A stretch of 34,052 nucleotides of DNA, from positions 1 through 34,052 of IMG/VR virus record IMGVR_UViG_3300037516_000265; one strand, 5' to 3'. Origin of the DNA: a virus (Duplodnaviria; Caudoviricetes). How positions within the stretch are numbered: the first letter of the stretch is position 1; each line of letters opens with the position of its first letter. Positions 1-8,727 of the stretch are shown one piece after another. The position numbers were made by a program, and so were the translations under genes. A model generated the notes under the pieces. The model worked only from the letters and a program-made list of their open reading frames with translations. It made no database searches and was not told the DNA's origin.

Positions 1-127
1 ATAAACGACTCTGACTTTTGATATTTGAAAGATAATTTCTTAAATACATTTGCCTTCTCAATATCTATAGAATCTATATCCGTGTATTCTGTAATATCAA
101 AAATATTACCTCCATTATACCACATAT
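1..127. repeat. Terminal direct repeat identical to 33926-34052 (circular assembly overlap)
   Basis: ataaacgactctgac...tataccacatat is identical at both ends; 127 nt is a common assembler k-mer; it falls inside a gene that reads in frame across the junction. Confidence 0.97.
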
Positions 128-1430
128 CCAAAGGCTCAATTGTAAACACATCTACACTCGTAGCATAGCAAGTAGCGTTGAACATCTTAAGTAATCCACT
201 AAAGAATTCTGATACCTTCATGTCAGGTATGTATGAACTAATATCTATTTTTGCAGGTGCGACAATTGGATTGTTAAATTTTATAGTTTGATTAAAAGTA
301 TTTGTGTAAGACGTGACAGATGGAGGATATTTCACCGTAGCTTCTAGCCAAACCAACATTACATCTTCAGCCCTAGCCTTTATTTGAAATACAGAATTAT
401 TGTCAGAAGTATAAAAAGTATATATTTTAACAGGCGCAAAACTATCAACATTTTCATACGTAGCTACTATTTTCCCATCTTTATATAAATCAACATAACA
501 TTTCACTCCTGTAAATTGTCCCCTAACTGCTACATGTAATTCTGGGGAGGTTATAGAAGTGTTAATATTAAAAATATTTTTAGCTGTAAATGTATTATTT
601 GCAGAATTAAATTCAAAGATAGGCACATTTCCATAAGGTATATATGTTTGTCCATTCGGGGAGGCTATATCCGCGACAACTGGGGAAGTTATAAACTTAT
701 ATTCCTCCCTATTTTTTAGCCACAAATACAACTTGTCCCACTTATCATTTGTATCTACAAAAAATTGCGAGTTAAATGTCACATCAAATTTAGCTTGTAT
801 AGCATCAAATATACTACCAGCTTTTAGTGCGGGAAATAACTCGTTATATCTAATCGCTCCACTACTTATTTTAATGTCTGTACTAGTCCCGCCTCCATAG
901 CTCCATAACCGCTTAGAAGTAATTAAAGGGAACATAACATCCTCTAATGTACTTGATGTAACTCTATTAATTACATTTGTTCCAGTATATTCAAAGTCGT
1001 AGGAAGTTAAATCTAAATCACTTAATTTTGCGTCTCCAAATTTATCCTTAAGACTTACCAAGTCACCATAGAAAGTGATCGTGTAACTATCCGTACGTCC
1101 ATCCTTTATATTAGCTTTCTCCATCATGATTGTCCCCGTTCTAAATGGGACCAAATCGATTTCAATTCTTGCTCTAATTCTAAAATTAAAATTCCATTCG
1201 TTATTAGTGATATTTACATCCGACTGATAAAAGTGATGAAGTATGGAATTATTAATTGTACTCGCTGGTATGGTAAACGATTGTGTAAAGTCGGTATATA
1301 CTTTAGATATATCCTGTATGTTCTGAATAGTACTTGTGAGCTCAATTTTTTCATCATTAAACAATTCTAATTTTAAATAGTCACCACTCCCACTGATACT
1401 TTCAACGTATATGTCTACAATTCTCTTCAT
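1..1430 (-). CDS. Large tail-tip/baseplate structural protein, 5' part (continues across the origin into 33925-32971; ~794 aa total)
   Basis: Missing from the ORF track. ATG at 1430 overlaps the upstream TAA (TAATG). Reads MKRIVDIYVESISGSGDYLKLELFNDEKIELTSTIQNIQDISKVYTDFTQSFTIPAS...; near the end ...IEPLDMWYNGG is in frame with ORF 32971-34050. The middle was not translated base by base. Confidence 0.8.
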   Translation of the reverse strand, partial: MKRIVDIYVESISGSGDYLKLELFNDEKIELTSTIQNIQDISKVYTDFTQSFTIPASTINNSILHHFYQSDVNITNNEWNFNFRIRARIEIDLVPFRTGTIMMEKANIKDGRTDSYTITFYGDLVSLKDKFGDAKLSDLDLTSYDFEYTGTNVINRVTSSTLEDVMFPLITSKRLWSYGGGTSTDIKISSGAIRYNELFPALKAGSIFDAIQAKFDVTFNSQFFVDTNDKWDKLYLWLKNREEYKFITSPVVADIASPNGQTYIPYGNVPIFEFNSANNTFTAKNIFNINTSITSPELHVAVRGQFTGVKCYVDLYKDGKIVATYENVDSFAPVKIYTFYTSDNNSVFQIKARAEDVMLVWLEATVKYPPSVTSYTNTFNQTIKFNNPIVAPAKIDISSYIPDMKVSEFFSGLLKMFNATCYATSVDVFTIEPLDMWYNGGNIFDITEYTDIDSIDIEKANVFKKLSFKYQKSESF

Positions 1431-2485
1431 TATATTACTGCATTTATAGTGTTATAAGCTAACTCGAATTCTAAACTATAGTTAATCATGTGATTATTTA
1501 TATTTTTCATCAACTCTAAGGACTTTGTTTTGCATATTGCAGGCTTATTATCAACCAATACACGTTCACTCATTAGAAGCTGTTTAATGTTTGAGCTAAA
1601 ATCTTCATTTACATAACCGCTATTTACAGAAATTGTCTCCTTAGCATTGGTATTAAATGATTTCTTTTGTCCCTGTAGTATATCGTAGCTAGTTATCGAA
1701 CTCTGCATTACGTTATAATCGTTCGACTCTATTGCTAGCGTATTCTTTGACGCCTTAAAAAAGAACTCTCGTTGCCAAGCACCATACTGATTAATGAAGT
1801 CAATCACTACAGGCGTATATTTAGGCTCGCAAATTGGAAGGAATGTATATGTAGCTAATAACCCATCAAAGACACTATATATTTGCACTTTATTTCCCGT
1901 TGCTGTATAGGATGGATGTACCCTTGGCACACATTTCCATCCACTACTTGTTGTATTCAATGTAATTGACGCGCTTAAATCAGGTTTAGTATAAACAATA
2001 TAATCTGAAACGTAAAGACTATCATAGAATAAATAAGTGTTGATCTGTCCTGAATAAGTTCCCGCATTATAATAGTATGTCTTTGGCTCTAACAAACATT
2101 TTCCTAGGTCTACATTGCTTCCACTCTCGTAATATGTATAGCCATCAAGCGCGTAGTAATTGGTAGTATCTAGTAACGTATATGTAGTAACGTCTAGTTT
2201 ATACCGCTTAATTCTAACGTTACACCATTGACTTGTATTTAATGCCGTGATTGCTGTTGGATCTTGTCTCGTAGCAAATGACAAATACTCTCTAATATAT
2301 GGTGAGATATCGTAGGTTGTTAACGTATTGTTCGATGCTGGTATCAATTTAGATAGTGTATACTTCGCGTTGTTTGGAGACGGCTCACTTGTACCATTCC
2401 ATAGAAATATCTCTATCTTACTACCTTCCTGTCCCGTTTCGTTTACGGATATAATGTAAGGACTTCTCGCAAATATATTAGCCAT
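1430..2485 (-). CDS. Tail structural protein (distal-tail/Dit-like by position)
   Basis: 351 aa, Tyr/Thr-rich, beta-type; C-terminal FINQYGAWQREFF...SVNSGYV; translationally coupled within the tail cluster. Confidence 0.6.
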   Translation of the reverse strand: MANIFARSPYIISVNETGQEGSKIEIFLWNGTSEPSPNNAKYTLSKLIPASNNTLTTYDISPYIREYLSFATRQDPTAITALNTSQWCNVRIKRYKLDVTTYTLLDTTNYYALDGYTYYESGSNVDLGKCLLEPKTYYYNAGTYSGQINTYLFYDSLYVSDYIVYTKPDLSASITLNTTSSGWKCVPRVHPSYTATGNKVQIYSVFDGLLATYTFLPICEPKYTPVVIDFINQYGAWQREFFFKASKNTLAIESNDYNVMQSSITSYDILQGQKKSFNTNAKETISVNSGYVNEDFSSNIKQLLMSERVLVDNKPAICKTKSLELMKNINNHMINYSLEFELAYNTINAVI

Positions 2486-3034
2486 TTATTTAGGTTGTTG
2501 AATTGTATACTTAAATAACTCCAAAGCATCCAATCCGTACTTTTCGACTAGCTCATCAGGAAGTTGCTTGTATGCCTTCTCGAATGGTTTTGTAAAGAAT
2601 AGTGACGGCTTTATACCTCGCGCCCAAATGTTTTTAGCTGTGATAAATCCTATAGCTTTGTAACTACCTTTTACATATTGTCCTTTCTTATCCCTTAACC
2701 TTAAGTTCTTTCTTTGAGCCCACTTTGCTATTAAGTCAGATGGTGGTTTCTTAGTCTTAAAACTATATGGACTATTAGGTGCTTGTTGTCCTTTTACCTT
2801 TGCGTTTGGTGAAACCTGTGATGGATCCGCACCCTTTACACCTTTATCGACAAACGCTCCATATTCTCCTAAATCAAATGCAAGGTAGAAAGAGTTCGGC
2901 ATTGCTTTTGCTTCGCCTTTAATCGTATTATACAATCCTTTCCTATCGTTTTTCTTTAGCTTAGATAGATTCGATTTAGATTGTTGTATTACATAATCCT
3001 TAAACTTATCTAATTCCTCCTGTACGTTTAACAT
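2486..3034 (-). CDS. Putative neck/tail-completion protein
   Basis: 182 aa basic protein, YGAFVDKGVKG...RGIKPSLFFTKPF resembles the HK97 gp10/tail completion class; position in tail cluster. Confidence 0.5.
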   Translation of the reverse strand: MLNVQEELDKFKDYVIQQSKSNLSKLKKNDRKGLYNTIKGEAKAMPNSFYLAFDLGEYGAFVDKGVKGADPSQVSPNAKVKGQQAPNSPYSFKTKKPPSDLIAKWAQRKNLRLRDKKGQYVKGSYKAIGFITAKNIWARGIKPSLFFTKPFEKAYKQLPDELVEKYGLDALELFKYTIQQPK

Positions 3035-3483
3035 ATAGTCATTTGATTAGCCATCGTAATATCAAAAGTCATAGTGCAACCAGCAACATCATCCGTAAAT
3101 CTATCGACAAATAATTCGAATGATGCCGCGTCGGATTCTATTGAATAGTCATCACTCATCTGGCCTCTTCGCATACTTTCAAACGCACGTTGACAAATCA
3201 TTATCGTTTGATTGTGTATGTCGTCTTCATTGTTATTACCATAATACAAATGTGTTAAATCTTCTTTTGTATAGTCTACAATATCCATGACAATTAACGT
3301 AACAGAAAACTTAATCGTATTGCTTTCAAACACACCATTGTCAATCATAATGTGAGCTAACGGATACATATCCTTTTTAGCATTCGTAATCTTATCCAAA
3401 CTTCCCTTCGTAACTTGGTTTACTAGTGGATCAGTTATTAAGAAATTGTGCAATTCAGTTGTTAAATCATAGTATCCTTTCAT
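3028..3483 (-). CDS. Putative tail terminator protein
   Basis: 151 aa, acidic, YPLAHI motif, size and position typical of tail terminators. Confidence 0.5.
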   Translation of the reverse strand: MKGYYDLTTELHNFLITDPLVNQVTKGSLDKITNAKKDMYPLAHIMIDNGVFESNTIKFSVTLIVMDIVDYTKEDLTHLYYGNNNEDDIHNQTIMICQRAFESMRRGQMSDDYSIESDAASFELFVDRFTDDVAGCTMTFDITMANQMTIC

Positions 3484-3742
3484 GTGCTCTTTTTAGTTGT
3501 CTATTTTCTATTTCCATTTTCTGCTTTTCAAACGTCAACATCGTTAAGCACTCAAAAAGTCCACTTCCTGTAACTCTGTCAAACTTCGTAATGTCTCCTT
3601 TAGCGAGTTGATATATTGACTGATACCATCCCCATCGTTGTCCAAATTGAGTTGTTTCGCTAAAATCGTTTTGGTCTTCTTGGTCATCTGATTCTCCAAA
3701 TAAGATAGGGTAGCTGTCAATAGTTCGCTTCCTAAATTCCAA
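3467..3742 (-). CDS. -1 frameshift extension of tail assembly chaperone (gpT-like)
   Basis: Frame opens at the T9 run (3741-3749) with TTG, no ATG; LEFRKRTIDSYPILFGE...FGQRWGWYQSIYQLAKGD; its end overlaps the start of the next gene. Confidence 0.75.
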   Translation of the reverse strand: MEFRKRTIDSYPILFGESDDQEDQNDFSETTQFGQRWGWYQSIYQLAKGDITKFDRVTGSGLFECLTMLTFEKQKMEIENRQLKRAHERIL

Positions 3743-4233
3743 AAAAAAACCGATGCAGGTAATACAACATCTAAAGGTGCATACTTCATTAGGTCCGCAT
3801 AGTTCGCCGTCCCGCTGTATTTATCTATGGTATACTTATTCCCTTTCTCACTCGTAATAGGTCGGTACATTACAGCCATTGCTTTATGGAATGATTGTAC
3901 GTCGATAATGTTGGACTCTAAATCTATGTACTCACCAAACGATATATCTTCTAACTCATTAATGAATCCGAACTTTACACCTTGTATCTCGAATGTTCTT
4001 TTAAGTTCTAGTTTCTCACTAAATAACTTCTTGAAATGAGTTACTAAGTCTATTACATCCGATAGCTTAATGTTAACTACGTTCTTTAATTCTATACCGC
4101 AGAATATCTCTATCATTTTCTGTGATATAAACAGCTCTGAGTTATCCTTATTAGATGCAACTACCATGTATTTTTGGTAGTGCATCAAAGGGATTTCATT
4201 TAACGATGTTGGTATTACTAATTCTAACTTCAT
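3544..4233 (-). CDS. Tail assembly chaperone (gpG-like)
   Basis: 229 aa; contains TCG GTT TTT TTT TGG slippery site; overlapping -1 frame ORF. Confidence 0.7.
   Translation of the reverse strand: MKLELVIPTSLNEIPLMHYQKYMVVASNKDNSELFISQKMIEIFCGIELKNVVNIKLSDVIDLVTHFKKLFSEKLELKRTFEIQGVKFGFINELEDISFGEYIDLESNIIDVQSFHKAMAVMYRPITSEKGNKYTIDKYSGTANYADLMKYAPLDVVLPASVFFWNLGSELLTATLSYLENQMTKKTKTILAKQLNLDNDGDGISQYINSLKETLRSLTELQEVDFLSA
3741..3750 (-). other. Programmed -1 ribosomal frameshift slippery site (G TTT TTT TTT)
   Basis: Nine consecutive T on the minus strand give a T TTT TTT heptamer; a -1 slip enters the 91-codon frame. Confidence 0.75.
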
Positions 4234-4373
4234 TCGCCTATTAAAAAATTAACTAAATCTTTTATTGCTTCTTTGTCTAATTCTATTTGAGCCCCTTGTG
4301 GTCCTCCATCATCTATATCTATTTGGTCTAGATATGATATACAAGTTCTATCTTTAAAGTCTTTAATCTCCAT
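4230..4373 (-). CDS. Small hypothetical protein (47 aa)
   Basis: Hand translated MEIKDFKDRTCISYLDQIDIDDGGPQGAQIELDKEAIKDLVNFLIGE; fills the gap with TAATG/ATGA overlaps at both ends. Confidence 0.7.
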   Translation of the reverse strand: MEIKDFKDRTCISYLDQIDIDDGGPQGAQIELDKEAIKDLVNFLIGE

Positions 4374-4579
4374 TATTTAATATTCTTTCTAATAGCTTTC
4401 CAATACTCTAAGCTCCCTTGAAACTTCATGATCTCGTTGTCGATAGCTTCGTACATCTCTAACTTCCATCCCTCTCCATGTTCAGCTTTAAACTTCTCGA
4501 TTAAGTCTAAGGTTACATCCTTAATAATTTGTTTCTTGTTCGGAACTTGAAACGTTACTTCTTTAACTTCTGTTTTCAT
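4373..4579 (-). CDS. Hypothetical protein (68 aa)
   Basis: ORF track; tightly packed after terL. Confidence 0.75.
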   Translation of the reverse strand: MKTEVKEVTFQVPNKKQIIKDVTLDLIEKFKAEHGEGWKLEMYEAIDNEIMKFQGSLEYWKAIRKNIK

Positions 4580-4586
4580 ATTTTGT
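4564..4586 (-). promoter_or_regulatory. ACAAW-N13-AGTTA motif (putative phage-sigma late promoter for the tail cluster)
   Basis: ACAAA-ATATGAAAACAGA-AGTTA; overlaps the start of ORF 4373-4579. Confidence 0.45.
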
Positions 4587-4588
4587 AT

Positions 4589-5815
4589 TTAGTAAATTGA
4601 ATACTTTCCTTTGTTTGGATTAGCTAACTGGTAACTAATCGCATATCTCATTGCATCTAAGCAGTGATTCCATTTATCTATTGGTGTCTCACTCTTCTTT
4701 TCAAGCCAGCAATAGTTGTTTAATTCCTTTATCAAATTTACGGAATTTTCTTCAATAATCAAGTCATAATCTTGAATTAAACTTATCCCATATTTGACAG
4801 AATCTGCACCTTTAATTGTAGGTACTATATTTAAACCTCTTGCCTTAAGTTCTGCTATCAATCTAGGCTCTGAATTGTCGCCTACGATTAAATCACGTCC
4901 TGCAAATTGTTGGTTTAGTTGTGCAAGTTCGGACGTTGTTAAACCTTGCTTATGTATGTGCTCTTTAATATATATTCGTTTGTTAGTCCTATCGATTGAC
5001 GTTTCAATTAATGTCGATGGATCGTTACTGAATCCATAATCCTGACCGAACACACTGCCATTATCTTTATTGAACTCTCCTATCCTCCAATTCGTAAATA
5101 TAACTCCTTCTGCTTTGTCTAGCCATCCACCTAAGATCGTGTGCTTATACTTATCAGGTCTACGTTCCTTTATCGTTTCTATTTGATTTAAAAATGATTC
5201 AGATAAGTTCTCTGCATTATCTAAGTATGTCGTGTGAATGTATGTTGTATCTCCTTTGATTGTATTACTTCCAGCTTCAACTCCTTTCGCTTCAAAGAAC
5301 TTCTTGTAAATAAAGTGAGTCTTAGTAGCAGGATTAAGTATAAGTATAACTCTATTTTGTTTTTCCTTTGAACGTATAGAGAAATCTATCTTGTCAAATA
5401 CATCTTCGTCGGTTAACTCTTCAGCTTCATCCAATACGAAACAAGTTACACCAGCTAATGATTTAAGGTTTGCCGTTTGTTGACCTGAAGATGTTTTTAT
5501 CCCTTTGAATAATATCTTACTACCCGTTGTTAAGTTTATAATCTCGTCTTTTGTTATATGGAAATCTTGAAACCTATCTAGTATTTCTATCTTCTCTATG
5601 AACTCAGGTATAATTGATATATGAGCAGAAGTAAGAGTATAACGAGTGAATAAAATCGTGTGTCCAGGTTCATATGTAAGTGCTAATAAAAAACTATTTA
5701 TACTATACGATTTCCCTGATCCCCTCCCGCCTGTAATTACAAAGTATCTACTTTCTGAGAATAAATCATTATACTTTTCTGACAACCCCAAACGCGGTTC
5801 TGATATCGAACTCAT
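4589..5815 (-). CDS. terL: Terminase large subunit, PBSX/Terminase_3 type
   Basis: Walker A GGRGSGKS, Walker B VLDEAEE, coupling motif LNP, nuclease motifs GQDYG, DNSEP, HCLDAMRY; true start may be a TTG near LGLSEKY. Confidence 0.95.
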   Translation of the reverse strand: MSSISEPRLGLSEKYNDLFSESRYFVITGGRGSGKSYSINSFLLALTYEPGHTILFTRYTLTSAHISIIPEFIEKIEILDRFQDFHITKDEIINLTTGSKILFKGIKTSSGQQTANLKSLAGVTCFVLDEAEELTDEDVFDKIDFSIRSKEKQNRVILILNPATKTHFIYKKFFEAKGVEAGSNTIKGDTTYIHTTYLDNAENLSESFLNQIETIKERRPDKYKHTILGGWLDKAEGVIFTNWRIGEFNKDNGSVFGQDYGFSNDPSTLIETSIDRTNKRIYIKEHIHKQGLTTSELAQLNQQFAGRDLIVGDNSEPRLIAELKARGLNIVPTIKGADSVKYGISLIQDYDLIIEENSVNLIKELNNYCWLEKKSETPIDKWNHCLDAMRYAISYQLANPNKGKYSIY

Positions 5816-6050
5816 TTAATGAAATATTATTATCGATTGTTTCTTTAGGTTTACCAAATATATGCTCTGAAATAAATATCTTACCTCTATCGAATGTCAT
5901 TAACTCTTTAGCTAATTCTATTCTAGCATCATCATCGGTATCGACTGACTTTAATTGTTTGATTGCAGCTAGGAAGATAGCATTTGATTTTTGTTCATCT
6001 GCTACTGATTTTCTTCCTGCTCCTGGTCTTGCACCTCCTGTACCTGCCAT
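5769..6050 (-). CDS. Putative terminase small subunit
   Basis: 93 aa directly upstream of and overlapping terL; N-terminal GGARPGAGRK, C-terminal IFGKPKET. Confidence 0.65.
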   Translation of the reverse strand: MAGTGGARPGAGRKSVADEQKSNAIFLAAIKQLKSVDTDDDARIELAKELMTFDRGKIFISEHIFGKPKETIDNNISLNEFDIRTAFGVVRKV

Positions 6051-6069
6051 TGATTTTAGTATTGGTTAT

Positions 6070-6141
6070 TCAATTCAGGCAAACTACAAAAAAGAAGCTC
6101 CCTGAATCTATTACTTGAATTACGTCTTGTTGATTAGTCAT
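6070..6141 (-). CDS. Very small hypothetical peptide (23 aa)
   Basis: MTNQQDVIQVIDSGSFFFVVCLN; start overlaps the end of the upstream ORF and it fills the gap. Confidence 0.45.
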   Translation of the reverse strand: MTNQQDVIQVIDSGSFFFVVCLN

Positions 6142-6334
6142 TGCGATGTGCTTTTACTGCTACTTTATCATTGTTATATATTGGATCATATTCTAGTTTA
6201 TATCCTTTATATTTAAAATCCATTTCTTTTGCCTCTTCTTCAAACTCAACCCCATATTTTATCCATTCTACACTGTCGTTTTCATTGATATCTTCAAACA
6301 TAGAATCTAAGCAATCAATTATTGTACGTTTCAT
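6134..6334 (-). CDS. Hypothetical acidic protein (66 aa)
   Basis: ORF track; overlaps neighbours in the operon. Confidence 0.7.
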   Translation of the reverse strand: MKRTIIDCLDSMFEDINENDSVEWIKYGVEFEEEAKEMDFKYKGYKLEYDPIYNNDKVAVKAHRND

Positions 6335-6677
6335 ACACTTTCTTCAAATCATTGTATTGGTCCCTCAAACAAGATGCACAAGAAGTATATTGTAAGTTTC
6401 CTGTTTGGAATATTCTGTTATGTGTTCGTTGCATTAACATAGAATCTACTAGGGATGTTTCTGCTTTCTTTAATCCTCCTTCATTTAACCATAGATATTC
6501 GTCTTCATTAAGGCAAAGTGGTTTCTTTCTATAAGACCAAAGTTTGTTATATTTTGCTTTACGTTCATCGCATCCACAATCTTCCCCTAATATAAACTTT
6601 GCTACCTTATCAATTCCTGTTGCTTGAAGTACATTCTCTATTGTATCTCCTAGTCCTTGTGCTTTTCTTTTAGCCAT
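6315..6677 (-). CDS. Phage protein with Cys pairs (DCGC...SCASC), possible Zn binding
   Basis: GLGDTIENV...EDCGCDERK...TSCASC; lies between the sigma factor and terminase. Confidence 0.75.
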   Translation of the reverse strand: MAKRKAQGLGDTIENVLQATGIDKVAKFILGEDCGCDERKAKYNKLWSYRKKPLCLNEDEYLWLNEGGLKKAETSLVDSMLMQRTHNRIFQTGNLQYTSCASCLRDQYNDLKKVYETYNN

Positions 6678-7174
6678 TCGTAATCTTCGTTTAAGTAATC
6701 TTCATAGTCTTCATAAAGTAAACTCTGTAATTGCTTTTTTGTTCTATTGGTGGTGTAGAATATACAAGAAAGTGATATCCCAGTCTCTTTTGAAAGCTCT
6801 CTCATCGATTTACCACTAGTAACGTATAGTTCAAATAGCATTTTGTCAAACCAATCGACATTGTTTAGCTCGTCTCTAACGCGTTTATTTAACTCCTCGT
6901 ATGCAATTATACTTTCGGTCTCACAAACGGCTTCAGAAACGGTCTTATCTAGTTCAAACGTTAATGGTTCTTTCTTTAGGAAGTCGAAGTAAATGTTTCG
7001 TAAAGTAATCCATACGAATGATGACGTTATCTTTTGGTCTGGCTTGATGTATTTATCTAGTCGAAGGTACATTTCTTGCACTAAATCCTCGGCTTCAGTC
7101 TTCGCGCCAAAGGACCGAGCGATATTCACCCAGTCCTTATGTTTTTGTGCTATTATTTCTATTTGCTTAATCAT
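6650..7174 (-). CDS. RNA polymerase sigma-70/ECF-like sigma factor
   Basis: Region 2-like AEDLVQEMYLRL...FVWITLRNIYFDFLKK; region 4 HTH SMRELSKETGISLSCIF; ATG at 7174 preferred over the track start at 7225. Confidence 0.85.
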   Translation of the reverse strand: MIKQIEIIAQKHKDWVNIARSFGAKTEAEDLVQEMYLRLDKYIKPDQKITSSFVWITLRNIYFDFLKKEPLTFELDKTVSEAVCETESIIAYEELNKRVRDELNNVDWFDKMLFELYVTSGKSMRELSKETGISLSCIFYTTNRTKKQLQSLLYEDYEDYLNEDYEWLKEKHKD

Positions 7175-7445
7175 GCTTTGTAATCTTCCAACTTTGAATC
7201 GTATTGAAAAACACTCCAGCTTCACGTTTTGATTCTTGAGCTTTCAAGTTGTAGTCTACTTCGACAACATCACCAACTCGATTGTATTTAAGAACGTTAT
7301 CCACTTTTGCTTCACCAAATACTTCAAAGTTACATGACTGTGCATAATCTACGTCGTTTTCCATAACGTGAACATACAACTTTTTGTAGTTTCCTACTTC
7401 GATTACCTCTCCAATGTGTGTAATCACTCCAATAAATTTACCCAT
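7167..7445 (-). CDS. DUF3127-like OB-fold single-stranded DNA-binding protein
   Basis: YAQSCNFEVFG...VGDVVEVDYNLKAQE...FFNTIQSWKI matches the Bacteroidota DUF3127 pattern. Confidence 0.75.
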   Translation of the reverse strand: MGKFIGVITHIGEVIEVGNYKKLYVHVMENDVDYAQSCNFEVFGEAKVDNVLKYNRVGDVVEVDYNLKAQESKREAGVFFNTIQSWKITKHD

Positions 7446-7473
7446 CCTTTTAAAATTTTTACTAATATAAGTA

Positions 7474-7809
7474 TTATTTATTTAACTGCGTCTTAATTTC
7501 TTTTAATTTTTCTACGTAAAGTGTCGCATCCATTAACTCCTCCTGTAAGTGCTGCAGAAAGTTATCGGTGTTATTGTCTTCTAGTGTTGTTCCATACTTC
7601 GCTATCCCAATCTCTGACCTTGTTTTGTATGCTTCGATAACCTTTGCTACGATAGCGTCTTTTGGTGTGAAGTAGTCTTTACTAAGCTTAAATACATCGT
7701 CTCGCATTACAGCATTCTCGTGTTTTAACTCTCGGATCTTCTCAAACAATTGACTTGTTAAAAGTCTTTCCATTTGTAATGCGTGCTTCAATTCTTCTTT
7801 CTTAGTCAT
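7474..7809 (-). CDS. Phage protein, possibly all-alpha NTP pyrophosphatase-like
   Basis: RSEIGIAKYGTTL...LQHLQEELMDATLY; EExxD motif. Confidence 0.5.
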   Translation of the reverse strand: MTKKEELKHALQMERLLTSQLFEKIRELKHENAVMRDDVFKLSKDYFTPKDAIVAKVIEAYKTRSEIGIAKYGTTLEDNNTDNFLQHLQEELMDATLYVEKLKEIKTQLNK

Positions 7810-7991
7810 AACTTTTCTATTTCTTGTTTAACTTCTTCCCAATAATCTTTATATTTTCCAGTTGGATCTTCAATTACTTCTAATATCTCATCAACTACAA
7901 TTAATGCATCAGCTTTACCTCCGTCAATGGTCAATAAGATTTCATTTGAAAACTTATCAACTAATTCTCTTGCTTTTTCCTTTGGTGTCAT
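7806..7991 (-). CDS. Hypothetical protein (MTPKEKA-type small phage protein)
   Basis: MTPKEKARELVDKF...ALIVVDEIL...YWEEVKQEIEKL. Confidence 0.75.
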   Translation of the reverse strand: MTPKEKARELVDKFSNEILLTIDGGKADALIVVDEILEVIEDPTGKYKDYWEEVKQEIEKL

Positions 7992-8308
7992 ATCTTTTTA
8001 ATTTTAACGTTAATTATCCCTTTCTCTAATTCCGCTATCCGTTCAAATGCTTTCTTGGATAGATCCAATGTCACTTTTCTGAAACTTCCTGTATCGGTTA
8101 CTTTAACTATCACACTCTTCCCGTTCTCTAAGTTAGTAACTTTTAGCTTGGTTCCTAGCTTGTGAGTGTTAGACGCACAAGTTAATCTATTCTCGTTGTA
8201 TACCTCACCGCTCTTTGTAACCTTACCATGAAACGATGAATGATAATAAGATGCTTTGAATGAAGTTAAGCAATAGAAACACATTGATATAATTATTATA
8301 CGTTTCAT
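7988..8308 (-). CDS. RlpA-like double-psi beta-barrel protein with signal peptide
   Basis: ASYY..FHGKVTKSGE...LGTKLKVTNLENGKSVIVKVTDTG...LDLSKKAF; hydrophobic N-terminus. Confidence 0.85.
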   Translation of the reverse strand: MKRIIIISMCFYCLTSFKASYYHSSFHGKVTKSGEVYNENRLTCASNTHKLGTKLKVTNLENGKSVIVKVTDTGSFRKVTLDLSKKAFERIAELEKGIINVKIKKI

Positions 8309-8727
8309 TAGTCAAGTATTTTAATTCGTTTCATTTGCGTGTAAGAAACATCATCCTCTGTAACATATGGAAATTCAGCATTTGGAATGTAACCTGCAAA
8401 TTTTCTTACTGACCATGAATGATTGTCTATATCCCTAACTAAACACAACTCACCAATTTTTGGAAGTACAATAGGTCTTTCTTGACTAAATCCTTGTAAG
8501 GTGTATTCAGTGAATGAAAGTAATTTTCCATCAATGAAAGTAATTGTATCATCTGAAAATTTAACTGTAATAATCTTATCTTCTTCATGAGATGTAACTT
8601 CACCCCATCCATAAGTATAATGATAAACTCTATCTCCTACTTTAAATATTTCTTTCTTCATCTTTTCTTTTATTTCTTGTTTAACATAATCATTTAAATA
8701 TTTGCTAAAATACCCAAAATTACTCAT
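8308..8727 (-). CDS. Hypothetical protein with SH3-like repeats
   Basis: FKVGDRVYH..YGWGEV and PKIGELCLVRD motifs; may start at the internal MKKEIFK. Confidence 0.7.
   Translation of the reverse strand: MSNFGYFSKYLNDYVKQEIKEKMKKEIFKVGDRVYHYTYGWGEVTSHEEDKIITVKFSDDTITFIDGKLLSFTEYTLQGFSQERPIVLPKIGELCLVRDIDNHSWSVRKFAGYIPNAEFPYVTEDDVSYTQMKRIKILD

Noticed and set aside
4249-4277. Extra copy of the late motif upstream of the chaperone gene (ACAAA...AGTTA)
   Set aside because: The spacer is 17 nt, not the 13 nt seen in the other copies
5769-5815. TerS-TerL fusion by frameshift in the 47-nt overlap
   Set aside because: No convincing slippery heptamer; a downstream TTG start for terL explains the overlap more simply
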